From Octopus bimaculoides (Eukaryota): DNA of 64,000 nt. The stretch is from NCBI RefSeq assembly GCF_001194135.2, contig NC_068982.1, forward strand, positions 173,013,333 to 173,077,332, written 5' to 3'. Of the stretch, positions 1-14,339 are shown one piece after another. How positions within the stretch are numbered: position 1 is the first letter of the stretch; the number at the start of each line of letters is the position of its first letter. The notes beneath the pieces are model-generated. The model saw only the letters and a list, made by a program, of their open reading frames with translations. It did no database searches and was not told where the DNA came from. The position numbers and the translations under genes were made by a program.

Positions 1-2371
1 CTTGGCAGAGCATGTTCACTTCATTTCTGTTCAGCCTTCACACAACCTTTTCATGCAGTCCCCATATTTTGCTTCTGTACAACATCACACTTGTTACACA
101 AACATCATCCAGTCCACTTCTCATGTGGAAAGAGAAGCCTTTCGTTGATAGCAGAAGTAAGAAATCTGTGAACTTCTCCACAATATTTTCTATGCTAGCT
201 GCCATGCTTTCAGAACTCCAGTTCCACTAATTAGGTTACTAAGCTTACTTCTGATAAACCATCTTAGCCTTTAGGATAATTTATTCCTAAAGTGCTCAAA
301 GGTGCTGTCAGTTATTTCTGTGTATCTGCCACATGAGAAATTTTCTTTCTGTATCATCCGACCTGTGATCACTTTTATACACTATACACCTCTTGTGTGG
401 TCATAATTTACTTTGGGTTTACTAGAAAGAACAAAATAGCTGACCTAAGCATTTCCTGCCGTAATGGATTTCTTATTTCACACATCTTCAGTCTTCAAAG
501 CTGCAAAGTCATTGGGCTATTTGTTGGCAAGGGGAATGACAACAACGTCACTGCTTGTAACTCAGTAATTTTTTTGGTGCAAATGCCGAACCATAACTTA
601 GTGGTTTGGCAAAAAGAGACCGATAGAATAAGTACTAGGCTTACAAAGAATAAGTCCTCGACTAGAGGCGGTGCTCCAGCATGGCCACTGTCAAATGACT
701 GAAAAAAGTATATGGTGACCTTCCTCCAGTTTCCATCTAACAAATCCACCCACAAGGCCTTGGTTGGCTGGAACTCTAACAGAAGAACCAGAGTACCGCA
801 CAGTGGAACTGAACCTGAAACCATATGGCTGGGAAGTGAACATTTGTATGTGCGCGCGCGCGCACGTACACATGCACACATCACAGACACATGATTGGAG
901 ATTCACATGAACCTAAGTAATAGGTGCAACAGGTAATCGCTGAGATGTCTTTTCATGGATATTAATTAAATGGAAATGGTGAGGAATACTTAGAATGTGT
1001 TACCTCACTGGATATTGAGATACTTTGGTGATTATTCCTCATATAAATATCTTAATATGTGTGTTCATGCATCTATACTCACACACACACACACACACAA
1101 ACATATGGATATGTCATTGACACATAAAAGGCATACAGTGCGCTCTATAAAGTCATTAGTGTTAGGAAGGGCACCCAGCTATAGAAACCAAGCCAAAACG
1201 GATGGCTGGAGCCTGGTGCAGCACTCTGGCCTACCAGTCCCAATTAAACTCAGGGCTGTTGCTAAACCCCTACAGTTGTGGGGGGTGGGGGCATCATGTT
1301 AAGATCAACGTATGTAGATGAGTGATTTATTTACTTTGGTTAAGATGCTGAACAAGAATTAAACTATGTATATTAACTGAAAATTTCAAGAAATAAAGTG
1401 GTAATACATTGTTCCTGCAAAAGTTCTTGCAGAAATATTACATTGTACCATGAACATGTACAAGACTTTGTGGATTGTCTGTGATATTTATTGAACACAA
1501 ACTTAGCCCTCAGCTTGATTTATTCTGAACTGATCATTGATTTCACGCCGTTTTCGTCTTTGAAAGTTGCCTGGATTATAAAAGTGCTCTTTTATTCATA
1601 TCTGAAAGTTTTACTTATTGAAATTTGTAACAGACCTAAATAAATTTTACTTGTACTTTTTAAAGATGTTGTTTAGGATAACATGCAATATTGAACTTCA
1701 GATACAATAAAGTAAAATATAGCTATGAATAAAAGGTGCGTAGATTACGAATTTTGATTGAAGGGTTGGGGCCTCGAAACTAAGTGTTGCAGGGGGCCCT
1801 CTAAAAATCACGCGACGGAGCNNNNNNNNNNNNNNNNNNNNNNNNNNNNNNNNNNNNNNNNNNNNNNNNNNNNNNNNNNNNNNNNNNNNNNNNNNNNNNN
1901 NNNNNNNNNNNATATATATGTAAAATTTCATTTTTTGGGGCCCGGGTAGCCTCTTCCTGCTCTGTAGGCTTACCGGATCTTCAGACAAGTTGGACTGTGT
2001 GTACCTATCTACTGGTCAAACTCAGGGTATAAGAGAATGACTAAAATATATTTATAAATCTCTACCTTGGTATTGAGCACTCTCCCCCCCTCCCTTCCCA
2101 ACAGTTAAATACTAAATGGATAGATGTGTTGTTATCATTGTTTAAATTTCCTTTCCATGTTTTGTATGGTTCAAATCAAATTCATTGAAGCTAACTTTCT
2201 ACAGCCAGATGCCTTTTATATTTCTAACTAATGTAGTATTTTTCTATGGCTGGACATAACTCCATGGGAAAGATTAAAAGTGAAGGACACTGCTTATATG
2301 ATGGCAGCATTCTTTTACAACTAACATGCAATTTCAAGGCCAGAACATGTGTGTATGTACGCATATATGTA

Positions 2372-2407
<36 letters not shown>

Positions 2408-3439
2408 GTCTGTGTGTAACATATATATATATATATATATATAGTCTGTGTGTAACATATATATATACTCTGAGTGAGTATGAGATACTTTCTTTTTCTA
2501 CAAAACTTTCTTAGAAAAGCACTACAGATCCGATCTGTCAAGCTGAGCCTGTAAATACATCCTTTAAGGAACTAAAAACTTTTTCTCTTTTTCCTGAATA
2601 AGCACTGCTGAAATTAGGGTGCGTTTTTTTATGTCGTCAAACTTATATAACACACACTCACACTCCTCTCTCTCTCTCTCTCTCTCACACACACATACAA
2701 TGTATGTATATGTATACAGGTTTATATGTATAAGTAGAAATCTTTATATGTATTTAGATGCACAAGGATATCTATATACATAAAACCATTTATGTGTGTG
2801 TGTGTGTATCATTGCCATCATTTTATGCCAGTTTCCGATACTCACTGGGCTGAGTTGTGTATATTATGACGGTATTATCACTATCCCAAACCTTAAGTGT
2901 TTGAAGGCCCTATGGCCAGCTGATTATTTATTATCAAAGGAAGTGACCACAACATCATTGCTTGTTGTTCAGCAGTTGTTTTCAATGACCTGCAAAGACA
3001 CATATATATGTTATACAAAGGGCTTCTTTCAGTTTCCACATAACCAAATCCACTTGTAAATCCTTGCCTGACCTTAGGCAATTGGCCAATTTGCTGAAAC
3101 CACAAGACTGGAAAGTGGATTCTTAAACACACTGCCATATGATTTCAGGGACGGTACCACAGCATAACACATTGGGCTGGTGTTTTCTATTATAGCCTCA
3201 GGCCACTTAAAGCCTTGCCAATAGATGTCATTGACCAAAACTGAAAAAAGCACATCATGTGTGTATATTTTAAGATTTTGCTTAAGCATAATGATTCTAA
3301 CACACCACAATATTAATTAACGAATGACAAAGTAACAGAAATCAGTTCATTAGCTTACAGCTGTTTCTGCAGTGCATCACAGCTGAGTGCTTGTACTAGA
3401 TCCTATAGTTTTCTCGGATCCATTAAAATGAATCCAATT

Positions 3440-3481
<42 letters not shown>

Positions 3482-4499
3482 CTCATGATATTTGTAAATA
3501 AATGTCACTCATACAAGCTTTGGGAAATATTACCTTCTTGCTAACAGGTGAGGCTTGGAAGGACACTTGACCATAGAAAATCTTCCATAAACTCTATATG
3601 ATCCATGCAAACATGGATCAAAAGTGAACATGACAGTGCAAGCATTGGTTCTGTGATTAAGCGGTTCACTTTCCAACCTCATGATTTTGAGTTCAGTCCC
3701 GTTGCATGTATGTTTGTGCCTCCTTGGGTTGACATCTCATGATAGTTGTAAATGGTTGTCACTGCCAATACAAACTATGTCGTTACTTCCAGTATTCTGT
3801 GAACATACCCGACCATAGGAAATATTACGTTGCTTAGAAATAGATGAGGGTTGGAAATAAAAACAGGAAGGGCACCTGGTTGTAGAGAATGTGACTCTGT
3901 GAATTTCTTCTGATTTATGCAAGTGTGGGAAAGTGAATGTTACTTAAAATATTACTTCCTATATATATATATATATATGTATAGATAGATAAATAGATGT
4001 AGATACACACACATACAGGTCTCCAACTCATATCTAGTCAGAAAGTAAGGGAAGAGAAATAGACATTATTGCTTCAAAAAACCATGTATAGATGCATATT
4101 CAGGACCGTGGATAATGTCAATAAAATAATTGATAAGTTGATGTAAAGTTTTAATGAAATATCATGAGATTGAATGTAATACAAATGCTTATACACACCA
4201 TTAATGGTAATAAATATCATAAATGAGATAACAATGAAGGAACTTAATAAACGAGAAAAAGGAAATAGGATGGTACTGAAAGGAACAGCAGAAATATTAA
4301 AATGAAAAGATCCTCAGCATTCCACAGAATACTTTAACTTTTGTTTCGGAAAGTTCAAGCTCAAATTCTGCTGGGAATTTTGGAATGAGTTTATTTGTAA
4401 TATCTTTTCACGTGTTAGCAGTTTTAGGAGAGAGATATTGCTTGGTGTCTGTGAGATATTCTGGTAGCAAGGATGAGAAGTGCTAATAATTATTATAAT

Positions 4500-4631
4500 A
4501 TAATATGATATACATATATTAATGCATATATATTGTATATTAATACACCTATATTACAAAGCATTTGTGCATGTCTTTATAATTTTTCCAATATTATATA
4601 TTTCATAGATTTTATACAATTTCATATTGTC

Positions 4632-4698
<67 letters not shown>

Positions 4699-5018
4699 AA
4701 CACGTATATATACATACATATACATTTATATATGTTTATATTATGTTCGCATATTCATACATATACATAACTGTATGCTTGTGTATATATGTATATATGT
4801 GTGTATATATATATATATATAAAATGTAAACACATCTATATACATATATACATATATATATGTATGTATATATATATATATATATGTACATATATGTATG
4901 TGTGTATATATATTATATATACATATATATATTATATATATATGTATATATAGTATATATTATCTGTATGTATATATATATATAATATGTGGAAAGCCGA
5001 CATTAAACAACAATGATG

Positions 5019-5064
<46 letters not shown>

Positions 5065-5201
5065 CACATACATATATGTGTGTGTGTGTATGTATAGTAT
5101 ATTATATATATATATATATGTGTGTGTATATTATATTATATATATTATATGTATATATTATATATGTACATTATATAAATATATTATATACTATAATATA
5201 T

Positions 5202-5258
<57 letters not shown>

Positions 5259-5272
5259 ACAGGTATTTGTTT

Positions 5273-5305
<33 letters not shown>

Positions 5306-5360
5306 ACATACAATCAAACATATACAACCAAACATATATACAACCAAACATACAATCATA
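4500..5360. repeat. Large compound (AT)n/(GT)n/(AC)n microsatellite field
   Basis: Direct reading; explains the YIYI-type ORFs. Many shorter di- and trinucleotide tracts occur throughout the window. Confidence 0.95.
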
Positions 5361-5369
5361 CTACATCTG

Positions 5370-8300
5370 GGCCGTGTTGGGATACCGCTTTTCTCTAACT
5401 TGAGTCTGGTACCGATTCCACTGATTAATCACCATCGAATAGCTAAATTCCGAGGGACACAACTACTATGTATAGAGACTACATTGCACATAGACACACT
5501 CGCACACTCATTGTGTATGTGGTTACAAAAAAAAAAAAAGAGAAAACGTAGTGTGAAATAGCCATTTATTTCAATCTGCATCGTCTGTCTTGTACTTTCT
5601 TCTTCTCTTTAAATAGTCTCCCCATTGAATATGGGAATTTCCGGCATGGATTATATTGCTGTCTATGATTCTGTGTTTAGTTTATAACATAGCATGCCTC
5701 TTATAGTGTGCTTTATAATCATCTCCGCTAAGACCAGCCCGGATTGATCCCTTTATCTTCGTTTATGTGCATTTCATACACACACACACACACACACACA
5801 CATGTGCGATTCAACCTGCCTGTCTGTGTGCGCTCGTTCGTGTTTGTGTGTGTGTGTGTGTGTGTGTAGGTATGCATTAATGCTGTGTTTGAAGAGCTGT
5901 GCTTAGGTACAGATTTCAGAGTATTGTAGTTATGCTTCGTTTAACATTAAAATGCACACTCATAATCTGCGTGTGTGTGTGTAGGTTCACACAATACGCT
6001 ATTTTTATACTTAGATTTACTTTCAGAGAATACACTTCAATCTATACAGTACGCACAGGCGTTACACATACAGTCCACAAACATCTGCATTTCCTGTTGG
6101 GATTATTGTATGTATGTGTGTATATTTACACGATGAGAAGTGTATGTGTGATGCTGCTTTCTATTCTCGGCCAGGCAGTGTCAACGCATTCACTACACGC
6201 ACTTGACGCTCGCGCGCGTGTATATATAAATGTATGTATGTACGTATGGTATGAGATATTTTGTCACTTGTTCTCCGTATAAACTCGCACGCACCTTATT
6301 TGTGTGTGCACCAGGACCAGACTCTTATTCATACGCCTTTTCCCTTTTGGAAGTTCACCGAGGTGGTTCTCTTCTCAGACCGTTGCTTAGCACCGAGTGC
6401 ATGTGTACTTCTCCGAATGAGTGAGAGAGAGAGAGAGAGAGTGTGTGTGTGTGTATATATAAAGTCTGCCTTTCTACACGTATGTCTGTCTTATACGAAT
6501 GCATGAATGAATAATTATTATTATCAAAGTTTTAAGACCTCATTGTAGTGATTAATGGTGGTGATTTAATGGTAGTCGTGATTTAACCCCAAATCAATCC
6601 TCATTCATTATACTTACAATTAAAACATCCAAGCCATGACCTACCCTGTTTGTTTGTTTTTCCCTCTCTAAGCGTTGTGTGTCTAAGATTGCATACAGTT
6701 TATTGTTTTTTAAAGACGGTAGGGTACAGATTTGGCAACAGATGTGTTGGCCGCTATTTCTAGCGTTCGCGTCGAGATTCCCAGAAAATAGTGTCACAGC
6801 ACTCCTTCGCTTCCGTTCCGAGCACCGTTGCTCCACCATCCTCAGTAACCAATATATTCGTTCAATACACGAATGAAGATAGATAGATTTAGTTTTGCTT
6901 AGATCAGCATTATATGTGTACGCTTTGACATTTCTTCTACCACCACCGACCAACTCTTACTGTTCATACCGCCTTCTCCCAAAACACTCATCTTCTGCAC
7001 TCTACACACACACACACCTAACTCTCTCTTTCTCTCTCTCTCACACACACATTGTGTGTATCTATGGTATATATATTGTGGGTGTTATATTATGTCATTA
7101 GCCTATCTACACTCGCTATCAACACACCTAGCAAGTCTAAATCCTTTTCTTTATGTCGCTGTTTCTTCCATGCTATCCCCATCACCCTGTGTGTGTGTGT
7201 GTGTGTTCTATCTATTTAACCTGTCTTACCTTCTCCATCTATCCATGTGACTAATGTATTTATATATGAATCCATCCACCCCACCTCCCGTTTTTATTTT
7301 AGTTAGCACCACCATCACCTTTGGAGTATCTATCAATACCTAACCACGTCTGTACTGAATAACCTGAGCTGTTCAATATTTCTGATGACTATTCAATTCT
7401 CATTTTCTGCTTTGTCTGCACTATTTCGTTCCTTTTCGTTAGAGATTCCCCTCTTTCGAGGAACCCTCTCCCTCATTCTTTCTGATTCTCTTTTAAGCAA
7501 TTGCCTAACTATTTACACATCTATCTTTCAGTCTATTTAACTGTTCCTTTATTTTTTAATACACATTTTCTATCCAACTATTTGTTTATGCGTTCACATA
7601 TCTCTGTCTTGGTGCATTTGTCTATCTTTCTATCTATCTCATGTGTATAGTATCAATGAAATTATTCGATTAGGAAACTAGCGATTATTAATTACAATCG
7701 TCACTAAATAGTCATTAATAAAAAAAAAACGGTTATTATTATTAAATAAATAAATTAGAGTTATTTGATTAATTACATATTTCTATTTCTGTTGTGTAGT
7801 TCAAATGAGTGTTTGTCTTTTGGATCATACACATATGCAGATAGATCTTTTTATATTTTTATGTTGCCTTTGAGTAGAATGCAAATCATGCTCGTGCTAC
7901 TTATAGGGGTCTCCTGCACGTACACACACGTGTGTGTGTCTGTGTGTGTAAGATGAACCTGATTATATAATGTGAACTGCAGTATCGGTCGCTCGTTCGA
8001 CCAGGTCAGCAGGTTTGAAATATAAGCTCACAAAACATACACTCGCGCACATAGACGTACGTACACACTCTCCACTCAGTCATTCTGTTCTCCTACACAC
8101 ACTTCAAGGTGTGGAAATTATCATGTATCATTCTTCAATGACTGTCCCTTGTTGCTCCGTTTCCGTTCATTCATTAAAACATTTTATCAGTCTTTCCATT
8201 GTTTTTTTTTGTTTTGTTTTGTGTTTTTTTAAAATTCCAACCTGTTTATCACGTGTTTTGTGTGCGTATGCCAGTCTGTGGAGCGGACTTAGCATGGCAT

Positions 8301-8712
8301 TAATAATGTGATTGCAGAAATGCAAATCTTTCTCATTCACACATTCGTAAATGTGTATGCGTGTGTGTGTGTGTGTGTGTGTGTGTGGGAGGGTCAACTA
8401 GTTCCAAATAGATATATCAACGCTCTCTCTTCACTGATCTATAAATACAGAAACACGTGAGCGTGTGTGTACTGGAAGTTTTCGTCTGCAGATTCGTTTG
8501 GTGTCATTGCATTAATAAAAATAATACTTAAGTCCCCCTCCAAAAAAAGGGATCTATTTTTATACAAATATAGCATCGTCCATTAGATTATCTGTATATC
8601 TATAGATTATTTAGACAGTCATTGTACTATCTATATGTCTCTTCTTTCGGATGCCCGTTATGGTGTCTTATTCCTTCTCATTTGGCATGCCTGATATACT
8701 ATTTATGTCCGC

Positions 8713-8748
<36 letters not shown>

Positions 8749-9046
8749 GTACCATCTATATTTCTTGCTTTTCTATGATCGTTACCCTACCTACATAGTT
8801 TCCATATCCGTATAAACATTTACATTTAGACTGGGTTTTTTTCTTAAAAGCCGGATGTTAATTCTGGAGAAATGATTTAGCTGTACTAAAGCTGCTAATA
8901 GTGATGCACACATGTTTGTGCATGTACTTAATGCATTTTAGTATGTCCTACGTGTTCACCCACAACATAACGTTGTGCACTTCCATAGTAATTACGGATG
9001 CACTAACAAATGTATGATATTGTGTTGCTCACACATACTGTGTGCA

Positions 9047-9098
<52 letters not shown>

Positions 9099-10100
9099 TG
9101 CATATATAAAGAGGCATGAAATATATCTTTGTACAGGCACGGAAAGGGAGATTTCGTTGGGTGCTGTTTGCGAAACATGTTCGTAATTTCAGCCATGGAG
9201 AACATTTGTGACTGATGAGCTGAAGTAGATCAATTCTGTTCAGAGATCGAAACCTGCTTTGTCTGTTAGCGTCGGATTTCTAACTCCAAACAGCTTCGCT
9301 TTTTTAAAAATTTTTTTTTTTACATCGTTTGGGTCGCCAAGAGGAAAGTTAACGAGTGTCTTAATCTATTGTTGACACTCTTCTCTGGCCGTCAGCATCA
9401 ATTCTAGTTCTCCCATCCTATTTGAACCCTCCACCCGTCCCGTGTATCACATGCGACACGCAGGACATGTTTCCCTGGCGTCCAAGCATCATATATGGTA
9501 CACATTCCTAAGATTTTTCAACCTAGCGTATCTTGAGACTTATGAAGGAAAGCTATATTTTACTCAGGGCGTATGAAACAAGGTCTAACTAGAAGTTTGA
9601 AAATAAGCATGGATATTTAGGACAAACTTATGAAAATGCTTTGGACAGACACAGGGTCAACTAACGACTGGCAACATACGAACCGCCCTACTTTTCGGCA
9701 ATCTGATGCCAAACCTATCAGTGGTTCAATAACAGAATGTAGTAAACACTGTGTGAATGTGACATGAAGTTCGTCGAGTTGGAGTACTGTATTCATATCT
9801 AATTATGTGTTGATGTATACTTTTGCCGGTGATGATCCCTCGTCTAGTGGGCTCTCTGTTGACGAAGTCTATTCAATCGTGTTACAAACATCGCCAAGAA
9901 ACGCGCACACATATCCAAATAAAGACGAAATTATTGGTAGGTTTGGTTGAATCGTTAAAATCGTATAAGCGACGGTATATCATTGTCTCTTTACGTCTTG
10001 AGTTCAAAACCCGCCTAGTTGGCACAACCTTTCATCTTGTTTGGCAGTGATCAACGGTTATATAATAAAGGTTTTTTGCTCTTAAAAGTGGTGAACTGTA
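5370..10100. promoter_or_regulatory. CpG-retaining domain, candidate promoter/unmethylated 5' region
   Basis: Non-repeat sequence here visibly keeps many CG dinucleotides (e.g. 6180-6420, 6700-6870, 7980-8300, 9130-10050), while unique sequence on both sides is CG-poor. Not counted computationally; no TSS identified. Confidence 0.4.
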
Positions 10101-10566
10101 CCTATATAGGCTATTGTACGTTTAGAATTATGTCCAATGAATAGATAGGCGAATAGTGTTTTTGCTGTGTGTTTGTGAGTCTGTGCAGAACACTTAAACA
10201 GTAAACTGTCTGGGAATTTAATCAGCAATAGATTAGTAACTTGTCCAGGGAGAGATCAATCTTTTATTCGTTTCTTGCTAAGAAACCAGAGTCTCTGGGG
10301 GGCCGTTTTTACATCAGTAGATTCGCCTGATTTTTTCAGTCTCTCCACGCTTAGCTTGCAAATATCTATGAATACTGCTTGTCTTCATCTAGCTACATAT
10401 TTCAAAGACGGACGAAAACTTTCCATTAAAATTTTTGGCTCATATTATGCATGTATGATCAACTTGACCATACATGCATATATATGTATGTGTGTGTGCA
10501 TATGTACATATATATACATTTATATATGCACACACACGCATATATATATATGTGTGTGTGTATATG

Positions 10567-10614
<48 letters not shown>

Positions 10615-10916
10615 AGTAAAAATAAATACAAAAAAGGTGGGGTTTTTTGTATGATTGTGTATAGAGGAATATATTATTTAGTTTAAAAGAGTTCCAACAC
10701 TGTCTGTTTTTTATGTTTTATTTATATTCCTGCAGAACCAATGTGGGGTATAGAATATGGAATATACAATATATAATATAATATACAATATATGATATAA
10801 AATAAAATAAAATAAAAATGGATGGCACCATGAAAGAAAGTATTGAATGTAGATGAAATATTGAGTGTTCAATATAAAGGATCAAATATATAAATATATA
10901 AATATAAATATATAAA

Positions 10917-10956
10917 GGCGACTCGAGTTTCAGGGCTATTTCCCTTCGTCATGGCC
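10917..10956 (-). ncRNA. Minimal type I hammerhead ribozyme-like motif (Penelope-type), one core lesion
   Basis: Minus strand reads GGC-C(A)TGACGA-AGGG-aaatag-CCCT-GAAA-C-tcga-GTC-GCC. Stem II AGGG/CCCT, palindromic stem III ACTCGAGT, GTC cleavage triplet, stem I GGC/GCC; one extra A in the CUGA core. Confidence 0.55.
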
Positions 10957-12249
10957 GGTATGACAGACTTTAACAGACTATACTCATTTTTTTTTCTAGT
11001 GTCCCAATTGGTAAATGATACATGCGTTGTAGTTATCATCCTTGGAATTTAATAGTTAGTGATAGGTTAATGAACTCTTGGCTACAGAGAGATGAATAAA
11101 AAAATTTTAATCGGCTCTATTTCACTGTAGCAAGAGTTAAGTATTTTGCTTGTATAGTGTCTATGTGTGTTTGTGTACAGTTTAGATTGACATCCTTTCT
11201 TCCTAAATTATCCGTTAACACGATTAATTTTAAACTAATTTTCGTTCTTGTATGTGTCTAATAAGACTGTGTGTGTGTTTGTGTGTGGTAAAGGTATGTT
11301 AACAAAATAGTGAGAGTTCCTTTCGTTGAACTCATGCTAACTTTTCATTGGAATCATTAACTCTGGCATGTATGTTTTAGTCGTGTGTAATGAATGGTAT
11401 GGTGTGTGTGTATGTGTGTGTGTGCGTGTGTGAAAGACCTAATAGCTAAAAGGAGAGAATAAAAAAAGAACAAAATTAATGAATGGTTGTTGGTCTTTGT
11501 TTCTGTTATATTTTTATCACTGATTCTTTATTTTATGCTCTTCCCCTGCTTATTAAAAAAGTAGAACTGGAACTTAAGGTTGGTCATTACTGGCTGAAAC
11601 GAACTCACTCACCTGTCTGCTTTCACGTTTTTTTTCTTCTCGTTTTTACTTTTTCCCTCCTCTCTTCTGGTTTAAGTTGTTATAAACTTTGGTCTTTCTA
11701 TTAGGCGATTTTTCCTTTAGTTTTTTTTATTATTATTTATGTTTGCATCTTTTCTCTCATACACTCAACCGAACAATATTTTTTTTTGGCCTTCTACTTC
11801 GTGTGTGTGTGTGTGTGCATCTGTATGTATACGCGTTCATACACAGCTATTAATTGCATAAATGTGGAATGCATGTGTGTGTAAGCGTACGCATATATAT
11901 GTGTATAATACACATTTATGCACACATGCATATTTATATATTTGTGTAAATACATGTTTGTGTGTGCGCGCGCGTAATGTGTATACATGCATACATACAC
12001 GCGTGCGTAACAATTGATATGGCTTCTGTATTTTGTTTCTTTTTTTTCATTCTATATTTCTTTCTAATTTTCTCATGCACTTAACTGTATGAACATAGAA
12101 CTTTCTGTGGAATAGGTGAAACTAAATTCTCTTTCGTTCCTTGCTTTTACAATAAAAGTAAAGCTGTATAAATCTGTACCTTCTGTGAAATTATCATTTT
12201 AACCACACTGTCTTAACCATATAACCATACCTACATCATTTGTGATGCC

Positions 12250-12540
12250 TTTATTATTATTGTAGTTGTTGTTCTTTTTAACTCTGGTTTTGTTGGAACT
12301 CCTGGAGTCTTGTATGCATAGCAGGCTTGCTACCTGCAGGCTACGGTACCATGTTATCCATTCTTTTCAACCATCTAATACTTTTCTGATGATTCTGGCC
12401 ATGCCAAGAAAGCGAACCTTTTGTAACAGTTCTACTGGGCACTCTATTCCCATTTTTCTTTGCATTCCTCTTGATACCTTCTGATAATGTCCCCAAAGAC
12501 CCAACAATAATTAGCAGTCTTCACCTTCTTCATTTTCCAC
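12250..12540 (-). mobile_element. 3' fragment of a related but distinct RLE-type LINE
   Basis: Minus strand with a frameshift: WKMKKVK..IIVGSLGTLSEGIKRNAKKMGIECPVELLQKVRFLGMARIIRKVLDG*. Different 3' UTR, ending in caa/taa repeats. Confidence 0.65.
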
Positions 12541-14287
12541 AGTTAAGTTATTTCATATTTAAAAAGGTTGTATATATCATTATCATTATTTGTTTTGTGG
12601 AGTAAGGTGGACAAGAACCTTGCCTATCACAAACTTCTATTTTAATAACATTATAAAAACATACTTATCAATCAACTGACAGTGTGTATGATAAAATGGG
12701 ATACAGAACTGAACGTAAGCCATATGTGACTCCAAAGGATCACATGGGTAACTTTGCAACTCCACCCTCCATAAATGCCAACTGGTAAAAATCTTCAAAA
12801 GTTTAATATATAATGCATTTTAACTAGCTTCAGCTCTAAAAGTAAGCATACTACTTGGGGAGAGGGGGGAGGGAAATAGATAAACGCTCTATTATCAACT
12901 AGTTCAGGGAGTCAGTGAGGTAACTTGTGCACTGTTGCTCAGCTTGTTAGATAATCATCATCGTTTAACGTCCGCTTTCCCTCCACACCTGATTATCTTA
13001 AAAAAGGAAAATTGTAAGGTCACAAGTAGGGTGCCTTCACTCATTAATCCACACTTTTGCTAGTTTCAGCTCAAGGGCTGTGGCCATGCTGGGACACTGC
13101 CACTAAATGTGATATTCTTTGATCTATGAGCAGTTCATCAAAACTTTCCGCACAAAAGTATTGTAGAGACTCAGTTCTCTGAGGGACAATGAAATAGGTT
13201 TGAGTTACTTTTAAGTAAAGAAGGAAAATGAACTGTTGAGAAGCTGCTGTTATGTGTATGGAGCATATGTGTGTGCGTGTCCCTTCTGTACATAGTTGAA
13301 TAAACATTTGACGATGTAGACTCAGGAGGACTATATGGAGAAAATAATCTAACTATCTCTCCAGTACATATACTGTCAAGAACAAAATAACTTCAGAAAC
13401 ATTTCAAGAAGCTCAGCTTCAGTTATTAGGTGAAATTAACCAAACTATAGTTAACTTCCTTGATGTAATGTTGGGAATGTATGCTCTATATTTGAAACAG
13501 AAAAACAAGCTATATAAACATACATTCTCTATATTATGAAATTTAATTGTTTTGTAACTCCAGATCAGCTCTGACTGTTCAGATCTATGGACATGTTGCT
13601 GACAGAATGACTTTATGTCCAGATATGACAAACCTTTGTCTTGTTGGTCTACTTACACATTCTGACTTGCAGAGGTTATTTATTCCCAGATCAGCTCTCT
13701 GGTCTAAGACACTCTATCTATGACCATGCTATCATTTCAGGAGTGTCTCAGAACAACATTATGTAATGTATACTTAAAATTATATAGTGAGATTTGACGA
13801 AAATTTAACTGTTATTTCTAGTAGATGTCTTTTGCTAGCTTATAGAGATCCTTCTTCTATTGAAGAAGTACCAAAAGGAGAATTGTATAAGACCAACAGT
13901 AGTATCATTATAGCAAAATGCACACATACATACCATGTGCCCTTCTGCAATAGATGCAACATATGTATCTTAGCATATCTGGAAGTTGCATAATAAGCTG
14001 TTCTACTATAAAAACTGATACTCATTCACTATATTAATGACTATGGAAAATGTTTACTACGCATGGCTGAGGTGGTTTGGGGTGTCAAGTTGAATTCAAC
14101 ACTGCAAGCTAATGGGAAACATTCATTGATCTTGCAGTATTGCTGCTCTGTTGCGCCACGCTCAATGAGCTAGGTCATAAGAGAGTTAAGTGCCTTGGCT
14201 ACAGACGCAACATGTTGGTGACAGGATATTGATTGGGTATATGGTACTCTGGTCACTCAGCAATTCTACACACACTGATATAATTAT

Positions 14288-14339
<52 letters not shown>

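Noticed and set aside
5373-5447. Short minus-strand [27 protein letters not shown] as the first exon of a divergent gene
   Set aside because: No recognisable homology and only a weak donor.
4533-5561. Long ORFs rich in YI/IY/HT
   Set aside because: Translations of (AT)n/(AC)n microsatellites; no coding signal.
8003-8016. AGGTCA-gc-AGGTTT, a DR2-like nuclear receptor response element (possible autoregulation)
   Set aside because: A degenerate 6-mer pair is expected by chance in 64 kb; no other support.
14055-14090. WLRWFG peptide resembling the RTE C-terminal RLRWFGHV motif
   Set aside because: Too short, and flanking frames show no further LINE similarity that I can read.
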